Assembly: GCF_964204645.1 (NCBI RefSeq) | Contig: NC_134032.1 | Location: 16,108,275 to 16,172,274 of the forward strand | Direction: 5' to 3' | DNA: 64,000 bases | Origin: Tubulanus polymorphus | Lineage: Eukaryota > Animalia > Nemertea | In this document: in pieces, positions 1 to 10,000 of the stretch | Numbering within the stretch: the first letter of the stretch is position 1 | Layout: each line of letters opens with the position of its first letter | Translations under genes and position numbers: made by a program | Notes under the pieces: model-generated | Told to the model about the DNA's origin: nothing | What the model saw: the letters and a program-made list of their open reading frames with translations, nothing else | The model's database searches: none

Positions 1-298
1 AACTTCTGTCAAAGAAGAGGTCACCGCATTTCAATGAGAACTCATAATAGATTCCCATGCGCGACTTATCTTATAAACTCGATTCGTGAAGATTTTATTT
101 CTATGAATTTTATGGTACTTATTTCTGCGAATTTTACGGTATTTTTTTTAAAGAATTTTAGGGGAATTCATTTCCGTGAAAATTAAAGCTTTTTACATTC
201 TTGAATTGTTGATATTTATTTATATCCATTTCTGGGAATGTTTTGGGGATTTTATTCGTGAATTTTATTCATTTTTCAGACACAGATCGCTAAGAGAG

Positions 299-3200
299 AT
301 GTCGGTAGACTATCGGAATGGTGGCACCGCATCCTACCAAATGAATCCTGATAAACCTTTCAACAACCATGAATTCGACGAAAAAGGCGCCTCCGATACG
401 CCGGTAGGTGACAGAAAAAATGTTTTTCTCGAAAATGTATAATTGTTATTTTGTTTAGTGAAAAAGTTTAAGAATGTCAGGATCCAGTTCCAGTCTGAGA
501 GGATTTCAACTTTATCAAAAAAGAAAAGAGATTTCAGCTCAAAAGTGAACTCTAACTCTGTGAAGTTGGGTCCTGTTGCTGGAAACACAATTTTGTTTTA
601 AATTCGGGTTAACGGAGTCTAATGTATGATTATCATTATCACGATACTATTATCTTATCATACACAGCCTGGACCGACGGTGGTCGAAGACGATGAAGCT
701 GTGAATTCTAAACGAGGAAGTTGTTATTGTACCGGTATGACAGGAGGATGTTTCCACCAGTGTATTCCCGACCCGGATGAAACTAACACAATCGCATACG
801 ATAAAATCAAGGTTCGTGCAATCAATGAATTGAATTCTACAATGTATTATGATGTTGAAATAATTTATGTAAAACAACCGTCCACACGGGCAGATCTATG
901 ATGTAGTCTCGGGGTCCCCCTTGCCTTCCTGTTGAGGTTGCGCCCTTAGCGTCTCGACGAAGATTGTTAAAATTAGACACTTATCCTTTCGGAAATTAGA
1001 ATTAACTGTGAACTCAGGATCCAGTTTCACAGTTGTGAGAGTTGGAGTTAACTTTGAACTCGGGACCCAGTTCCACAGTTGTTAACTGTGAATTAAAGCC
1101 AGTTTTTTTCCTTAATCAAATCCCATTTGAAAAATGTTTTATCCTTTATATAATTTCTATTTTTAGGACCGGAGTTGTTGGTTCAGGATCCCTAAGTTGA
1201 CGATCCGTCTAAACCCTATAGTTACTATTGCGGCGATCGTCTTCATTTGGGGTTTCGTTATTTTCTGTATGTTAAAACCGGACTTAACTGGAGCCGAGTT
1301 CAAAAGATGGAAAATATTCATCACGAAGACCTTCACATGGCTGTATGTCGGATCGCAGGATATCTGGGCTGTGTTTATCATCATAGTCTATTTCAAGGTA
1401 AGATTACGATTTGAAATATTTCGATGAACCGGGATGAAGATCCCCGGGAACTCTTTCGGCTGAAGATTGTGTTCTAGTCGGAGCCCAAACCATCGCTGAG
1501 ATCCATATCCCGATTTCCGAATCAACCATCCCCTGTTTTGATCCCGGCAGCACGTCCAGATATCCACATTCTCCGGGATCCAGGTGACGATTGTTCGACA
1601 CTATATTTCGACTCTGAACATACCCCGGTAATTAACTTTTATTACAGTACGGTCACGTGAAACTCGGTAAAGATGACGACAAACCCGAATATGGTAACGC
1701 GACCTGGTTCACCATGTTGTTCGCTTGTGGTATCGGAGTCGGGTTGTTCTTCTTCGGAGTGGCCGAACCGGTTTGGCATTACGTCCCGGAAGGAGGTGGT
1801 AATCGTTATATGTCGGATAAATCCATGCCGGACAATACTCTGGCTCAGATAGCTATCAACCTGACTTTATACCATTGGGGTAAGTAGTGTTAAACTATGA
1901 TACAGGGATAACCAACCAGCAGTTTCACGAATAACGGTCTAATACCTTATGAAATGATTCAGGCATTCAAATATTCAAAATAACCGTAGAATACCGTATA
2001 AAATGATTCGAAAGTTCATAATAACGGACAAATGATTAATGAGTTACATTGACGTTGTTATTTTTTGTTTTAACAGGTATTCACGGATGGGTCGTGTATT
2101 GTGTAATGGGAATGTTGATGGGTATCGTCTCTTATCGTATGGGTTTACCAATGACTGTTAAATCATGTTTCTATCCTCTACTCGGTGATAAGATATCCGG
2201 CTGGATGGGAGACGCTATCGACGCTTTGTCCATTATCACTACACTGTTCGGTGTCTGTACCAGTTTAGGTTTGGGCACGATTCAACTAAATACCGGACTC
2301 AACTTGATCAACCCTGACATCCCGATTAGCCGTATTAGTCAGATTATCATAATCTGGTGCATCACACTTCTGGCTACAGCCTCCACACTATCCGGTATCG
2401 GGCTGGGAATTCGTCGATTGAGCGAGTTATGTTTCGGAGTTGGAATGGTGATCATGTTGATCGTACTGTTCTTAGACAACACGTGGTACATCATGAATCT
2501 CTACACGCAGAGTATCGGGTTCTACTTCCAGAATATTTTACAACTCGGGTTTCATTGCGACGCCTTTGAACAGATCGGTAAATCTCACGGTGGAGCTGAT
2601 AGAAATAGAGGTCAGTTATCTTTAACCTACTAAATGTTTGATCGAGGAATGAATTGGTTTTTACTGGTTTGTAAAATGTTTTGTTTTCTGTTGCTATAGG
2701 TTACGCGGATGGTGAAACTGATGGACCAGAAATGTGGATGGATTGGTGGACTATTTTCTACTGGGGATGGTGGATCGCTTGGTCTCCTTTTGTCGGTGAG
2801 TTATTTATTAGTTTTATTAGTTCTATGTGGACTGCAGTATGGGACTGCTTGGGCTGCACTTGAGGGGCGTGGCGTAGGGGTCTTTTGTTAGTAGTTTAGG
2901 GCTCAAGGATGCGATGTGGAGCACTGAACTGCAGTATGGGGCTCTGGGCTCCAATCCAGGGCTATGTGGACTGCAGTATGGGACTTAAGCACTGTCCCAG
3001 CTCTGTGAAATGAAATCGGTTTACTATAACCCACTTTTTGATCGAACTGAAATCTTAATTTCAAAAGTCTTCAACGTTTTCCTTCTCTAAATTCAGGAAT
3101 GTTCATCGCTAAAATCTCCAAAGGTCGAACCGTCCGTGAGTTTGTTAACGGTACAATGACAGCGCCGATTATTTATGGATTTTTCTGGATGGTCATATTC

Positions 3201-4373
3201 GGCGGAATCGGAATCAAAATGGAACGCGAGGCGGCCGGCGCCGGACTGTGCTGCGGACACAATCTTAACGTCAACATCAACACATCCGATCCAAACGTGG
3301 GCCTACCAATCGGAAACTGGCTTTGCGAAAACAGCACTTGTAATCCATGTTCGAATCAGATTATAAACCGTCAGAAGACCATGTACTCAGATTCCTCTCA
3401 GTTCATCGCTCGTTTGAACGCATTGAACAATATCGCAAAACCGCAGGAAATGGGAGTCCAACTGGAAGACAAGAGATTGACTCGTTTATCTTGTCATTCG
3501 AAGGAACAAATGTGGTTCGACGTAATGGATTCTTACGGAAGTATTTCCGGATTTCTACGAATCTTTTCGATTATTGCTATCATTTTGTATTTCGTCACCA
3601 GTTCAGACAGCGGTTCTTACGTCATCGATTGTCTGGCCGCAAACGGCGATAAAGAACCACCGCGTATACAGCGAGTATTCTGGGCGTTTTCCGAAGGAGC
3701 CACGGCGTCTGCGCTGATATGGGTAGGCGGAAAAGATGCCCTGGACGCCCTACAGACCGTATCAGTTGCGGCAGGTTTACCGTTCACTATAGTAATCTGT
3801 TTCGTATGCGTGGCACTGTGGCGCGTTCTAGAAGTCGAAGGTGGTAATCGCGACCCGTACGGACCACAGTTTAAAGTCGGTATGTTCGACACACTTGCCC
3901 GACCTACACTACCCAGACTCGGTTGGATTCTGGCGGACTTTTTCCTAGCTCCGTACATATTCGCCCGAGCTATCGTTCATACTAGCAACACCAAAAGAAG
4001 AACGGCAATGCTGGTATTCTACACTGTCGTGCTCAGTATTTTACTGCTGGCGTTTATTGTCTTGTATATCTGCATAATTTGGGTTCCTGAGATTTATGCC
4101 ATTGCCTGGGTGTGTCTGGTAGCTTTCGGTACGGCCGCCGGTGGCGCTCGTATCGCTATGCGTAGTAAGTATAATATCGATGGTAACATGATTGAAGACA
4201 TCTTCTGCGCGATGTTGTATCCCCTACTTGCTTATCAACTTAACGAAACCGTAAACGACCGCGAGATGGCGGTGGCGTCGTCCCAAAACCAACCGGAACC
4301 GGTAGTGATCGTGAACGGTGCCGTAAATGACGTATATCTCCCGCCGCCTGACTACGAAACGACGAAAATGTAA
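299..4373 (+). CDS. Spliced BCCT-family (betaine/carnitine/choline) transporter, paralog A, ~872 aa, with C-terminal PLAC8-like extension
   Basis: Coding exons 299-403, 668-811, 1167-1397, 1648-1879, 2077-2610, 2700-2795, 3097-4373. All introns are GT-AG, phases are consistent, total 2619 nt in frame. BCCT motifs: [17 protein letters not shown] (TM3), [10 protein letters not shown] (TM4), [44 protein letters not shown] (family signature, TM8), YFVTSSDS. An acceptor at 278-279 implies an upstream UTR exon outside the window. Confidence 0.93.
481..572. mobile_element. Degenerate short MITE (same family as 6171-6278), intronic
   Basis: Ends GATCCAGTTC...GTTGGGTC flanked by CAG/CTG. Internal AACTCTAACTC is the reverse complement of GAGTTAGAGTT in the 6171 copy. 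Further fragments at ~1015-1095. Confidence 0.5.
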
Positions 4374-4589
4374 TGCAAGAAAATACTTATGTTTTGGGAC
4401 TTTAAATTTGACTGGAAATGTAGTTTAAGTATTTGATAATTTATAATATTAGTTTTAAACGTTGGTTTTATATATGTTAAGCTAGAAATTCTTCCATTTT
4501 TAAGGTGCAAACATTCGCGAGACTCGAATCATTTTAAATTTGTGTACCGTTTATTATTTATTTTTATTATTTATTATTATTTTTTAACT

Positions 4590-4595
4590 AATAAA
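4590..4595 (+). terminator. Candidate polyadenylation signal of BCCT paralog A
   Basis: AATAAA ~220 nt after the stop codon in an AT-rich 3' region. Confidence 0.4.
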
Positions 4596-4651
4596 CTATT
4601 TATCTATGACAATATATAGAATGCGTAGTTTCTTTTCGGATTTATATTCAA

Positions 4652-4683
<32 letters not shown>

Positions 4684-5002
4684 AAGTCAAAATAATAATG
4701 AAATTATCCGCTGTAATGTTTTGAGAGGAGCTGAGACCAAGGTGCACTAGTACACACACACATTCACGTCGGCAATGTTACATAATTGGGACAGCATACA
4801 TCGACGTCGGCAATACAACATCTTTGGGACACGCACATCGACGTCGGCAATATGGTATCATCGATTCGTGATGACTCTAGTGGTGCGAGCTGAGACGTGT
4901 TTCTTACTGTTTGTTCTACCAGCGGTACAGATATCTCCATCCTGGCTGAGTGTAGCGATGCCATCAGGTTCGAGTCCCTGCAGAGGGAGGATGAGATATC
5001 TC

Positions 5003-5246
5003 TAACAAGTAAAAAGCCACGGTATAAATTGAAAAAACATTTTTTTTTTATCTTCGAAAGTTTCGCAGTTACTTCTGAACCCCGCATCCAAATTAATACA
5101 ATAACGAATAATCATGGGAAGCAATCTTAGTCAATTAGAATCGTTATTGTATCGTTTTCTGATGATACGGGGGTTAGAAGTAGTCTCCAAACCGTCGTAA
5201 GATAAAAACAAATTTTTCAATATCTACTGTGGGTTTTAACTTGTTA
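5003..5246. mobile_element. Degenerate inverted-repeat element with a decayed hammerhead-like core (Penelope-like remnant)
   Basis: 5003-5090 is an imperfect reverse complement of 5160-5246. Inner stem ATACAATAACGA/TCGTTATTGTAT. The right arm has CTGATGA...CAAAC and the left arm (minus strand) has ...CTGC-GAAAC. Confidence 0.45.
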
Positions 5247-6024
5247 ACTCTTAACTGATATTAATATCACAAATATCGATTTGTACCGATCATCCATTTT
5301 CATATCCAACTCTGTCAACGAAATAAGAATCAAACTGCCTGTTTCGAGCCCTACGTCGGGTGACGTGGTCGGTTTAATGTAAGGTACACTAAACATTTAT
5401 AAGAGATATCCTTTAAAAAAGCTCGAAGTAGCAGCTGCCCCTTGCTCGGGAAGCAACCCCTCACGAATGCTCCTAGAAAGCAATTACAATCGAACTATTT
5501 TGCGAATTAAGATAGATAATTTATTCACGAATAATCAGAATTATTTGTCTTTATTTCTCAAATATAATGCGTATTTTCGATTCCATGAATATTCGATATC
5601 GATATGATTAGGATAAATTACACGAAGAATAAATTAAGATATGCATAAATTAGTTATACGAATAACTGTTACATTTAAGTATTTTATGCATTAACTACCG
5701 CGTGATCACAAGAATTATCACAAAATTGGGATTCGAACCCAATTGAACCGAACTAAAAAGTCAGGAATCCGCCAACTAACAAATTTTACTCTGCATTTTT
5801 TTTCCCAAATAATTAATCCAATAGCCCAAGGAACAAAGTCAACAGTTAATCACTAACCTCTATCTAAAGAAATGAATTCACGAGTGGTTCCTTTACCCGA
5901 AACAACCTCCCCATACTTGATGTATATCACAAGAGTATTTAAAACATAGCATTTCGAGTATATTTGTCTTGAATATAGAATATGATGCAACGATGTTAAA
6001 CTGATAGATAATGCAGGTTGGATG

Positions 6025-6720
6025 GAGTACTCTGGGTTATTCTATACCAGGAGTACTGGGTTATTCTGTGCCAGGAGTACTGGGTTATTTCATACTAGGA
6101 GTACTGGGTTATTCTGTGCCAGGAGTACTGGGTTATTCTGTGCCAGGAGTACTGGGTTATTTCATACCAGGACCCAGTTCCACAGTTGTGAGTTAGAGTT
6201 AACTCTGAGTTAAAGTTAGTTCATTTTCAATGAGTTAACTCAGAGTCAAATCTTAACTCAGAACTGTGGAACTGGACCCAGGAGTACTGGGTTATTCTAT
6301 ACCAGGAGTACTGGGTTATTCTATACCAGGAGTACTGGGTTATTCTATACCAGGAGTACTGGGTTATTATATACCAGGAGTGGTACTGGGTTATTCTATA
6401 CCAGGAGTACTGGGTTATTATATACCAGGAGTACTGGGTTATTATATACCAGGAGTACTGGGTTATTATATACCAGGAGTACTGGGTTATTATATACCAG
6501 GAGTACTGGGTTATTCTATACCAGGAGTACTGGGTTATTCTATACCAGGAGTACTGGGTTATTCTATACCAGGAGTACTGGGTTATTATATACCAGGAGT
6601 ACTGGGTTATTATATACCAGGAGTACTGGGTTATTCTATACCAGGAGTACTGGGTTATTCTATACCAGGAGTACTGGGTTATTCTATACCAGGAGTACTG
6701 GGTTATTATATGCCTAGATA
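6025..6720. repeat. 24-bp minisatellite (GGAGTACTGGGTTATTMTATACCA), ~24 copies, interrupted by a MITE
   Basis: Direct tandem copies 6025-6170 and 6281-6720. Confidence 0.95.
6171..6278. mobile_element. 108-bp MITE with CAG target-site duplication (PIF/Harbinger-like)
   Basis: TIRs CCAGTTCCACAGTT / AACTGTGGAACTGG. CAG occurs at both 6168-6170 and 6279-6281; removing the element and one CAG restores a satellite unit. Confidence 0.75.
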
Positions 6721-7023
6721 GAGTACATAGTTTCGTGGACCGGAGTCGAGGTCGACTGAGTATTAACCGTAGCTAATGGTCATGAAGCCCACCGCGGTGG
6801 AACCCCGTAAGGTTCCAGGTGCAACTCAGAACAGCCTCACACTCAGATGTGGAGAATACAAGCACCTGATAATAGATATCCCGAAACGTCATGACTTCAA
6901 ATTTTCAATTCAATTTCAGATAAATAAATATTACGTTTTCACCCTTTTAAATTTGCTCCAGATTTTGTTTCGTTTTTTCCTCTCTACCTTCCAGTCCACG
7001 ATTCGGAAACATCTAAATATATT

Positions 7024-10000
7024 CTACTTAGATTTCAGTTCGATTTGCTCATCGCCATCATCATTAAACTCACCGGGGAACACAGAACTGCCGTGCTCCT
7101 TCATCGTCTCGGACAACTGGTAGGCCAACATCGGATACATAATCGAACAGAACATGTCCTCGATCATGTTACCGTCGATGCTGTACTTGGTTCGCATTGA
7201 AATACGACTAGCGCCAGCTACCGTACAGAATGCAAACAAAAACACACAGCCTATGGCGTACACCTCGTATATACCTAAACTCTTGATACAACCGAGGATT
7301 ACTAGTATCAGGAACGTCAACATGAACGTCGCCATGAATATGGTATAAGTGATCGTGATGCACTGCTTCTTCGTGCTGTTACTTGTGTGCGCCAGGACTG
7401 TGGCAAATGTGTACGGGGCGATGAATATATTAGCCATTACCCAGATGACATTGTGGGCGTTTGGACGCGCTAGAACATCGAACATACCGACCTTAAACTG
7501 TGGTCCGTACGGGTCGCGATTACCACCTTCGACTTCTAGAACGCGCCACAGTGCCACGCATGCAAAACAGATTACTATAGTGAACGGTAAACCTGCCGCA
7601 ACTGATACGGTCTGTAGGGAAGACAGGGCATCTTTTCCGCCTACCCATATCAGCGCAGACGCGGTGGCTCCTTCGGAAAACGCCCAGAATACTCGCTGTA
7701 TACGCGGTGGTTCTTTATCGCCGTTTGCGGCCAGACAATCGATGACGTAAGAACCGCTGTCTGAACTGGTGACGAAATACAAAATGATAGCAATAATCGA
7801 AAAGATTCGTAGAAATCCGGAAATACTTCCGTAAGAATCCATTACGTCGAACCACATTTGTTCCTTCGAATGACAAGATAAACGAGTCAATCTCTTGTCT
7901 TCCAGTTGGACTCCCATTTCCTGCGGTTTTGCGATATTGTTCAATGCGTTCAAACGAGCGATGAACTGAGAGGAATCTGAGTACATGGTCTTCTGGCGGT
8001 TTATAATCTGATTCGAACATGGATTACAAGTGCTGTTAACGCAAAGCCAGTTTCCGATTGGTTGGCCCACGTTTGGATCGGATGTGGTGATGTTGACGTT
8101 AAGATTGTGTCCGCAGCACAGTCCGGCGCCGGCCGCCTCGCGTTCCATTTTGATTCCGATTCCGCCGAATATGACCATCCAGAAAAAAGCGTAAATAATC
8201 GGCGCTGTCATTGTACCGTTAACAAACTCACGGACGGTTCGACCTTTGGAGATTTTAGCGATGAACATTCCTGAAATTAGAGTAAGAAAAAGTTGAAGAC
8301 TTTTAACTTTCTATGAAATACACAAAGGTCACAGAAAGCGATATTCCCGTATCACAGGGCTGAAGCATCCTTACCTTCCCGGCCACGCCCACATTGCATC
8401 CTTGAGCCCTAAACTACTAACAAAAACCCATACGCCACGCCCCTCAAATGCAGCCCAAGCAGTCCCATACTGCAGTCCACATAGCCCTAATTTAAAACCC
8501 AGTGCCCCATACTGCAGTTCAGTGCTCCACATTGCCGACTCGAAAGAGCCGTACATTACGTTCAGATCAGTTCTATATAAAACTAATAAATAACTCACCG
8601 ACAAAAGGAGACCAAGCGATCCACCATCCCCAATAGAAAATAGTCCACCAATCCATCCACAGTTCTGGTCCATCACTTTCACCGTCCGGGTAACCTATAG
8701 CAACAGAAAACAATACATTTTACAAACCAGTAAAAACCAGTAATCAAAATTAACTGTTTATGTAAAGATAACTGACCTCTATTTCTATCAGCTCCACCGT
8801 GAGATTTACCAGCCAGTTCAAAGGCGTCGCAATGAAACCCGAGTTGTAAAAGCCACTGGAAATAGAACCCGATACTCTGCGTGTAGAGATTCATGATGTA
8901 CCACGTGTTGTCTAAGAACAGTACGATCAACATGATCACCATTCCAACTCCGAAACATAACTCGCTCAATCGACGAATTCCCAGCCCGATACCGGATAGT
9001 GTGGAGGCTGTAGCCAGTAGTGTGATGCCCCAGATTATGATAATCTGACTAATACGGCTAATCGGGATGTCAGGGTTGATCAAGTTGAGTCCGGTATTTA
9101 GTTGAATCGTGCCCAAACCTAAACTGGTACAGACACCGAACAGTGTAGTGATAATGGACAAAGCGTCGATAGCGTCTCCCATCCAGCCGAATATCTTATC
9201 ACCGAGTAGAGGATAGAAACATGATTTAACAGTCATTGGTAAACCCATACGATAAGAGACGATACCCATCAACATTCCCATTACACAATACACGACCCAT
9301 CCGTGAATACCTGTTAAAACAAAAAATAACAACGTCAATGTAACTCATTAATCATTTGTCCGTTATTATGAACTTTCGAATCATTTTATACGGTGTTCTA
9401 CGGTTATTTTGAATATTTGAATGCCTGAATCATTTCATAAGGTATTAGACCGTTATTCGTGAAACTGCTGGTTGGTTATCCCTGTATCATAGTTTAACAC
9501 TACTTACCCCAATGGTATAAAGTCAGGTTGATAGCTATCTGAGCCAGAGTATTGTCCGGCATGGATTTATCCGAAATATAGCGATTACCACCACCTTCCG
9601 GGACGTAATGCCAAACCGGTTCGGCCACTCCGAAGAAGAACAACCCGACTCCGATACCACAAGCAAACAACATGGTGAACCAGGTCGCACTGCCGTATTC
9701 GGGTTCGTCGTCATCTTTACCGAGTTTCACGTGACCGTACTGTAATAAATATTGTATTACATTGCATTACGTAAATTAGGTTTATCAGATACAGAGAATT
9801 CACTGGAATATGAATCCCACAAAAGCTTTTTGAAAATCGAAACTGTTAAAATCTATTGAAATAATCCGAATTTTTTGGTTTTACACTAAAAACCATTTTC
9901 AAGGAGTAGCGAATAAATAAAGTCGAAACGTTGAATAAAATGCACTAGCTCAAGGAATACAGTATTCCTGAAGATGACTATTAGGATAAAGTCGAAACGT

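Noticed and set aside
6011-6721. PGVLGYSI-repeat ORFs
   Set aside because: By-product of a stop-free 24-bp minisatellite.
3175-8682. ORFs overlapping BCCT exons in other frames or strands (e.g. 3347-3652, 3617-3958, 7349-7750, 7715-8020, 8371-8682)
   Set aside because: Shadow frames of the real CDS; they recur only because the paralog cores are near-identical.
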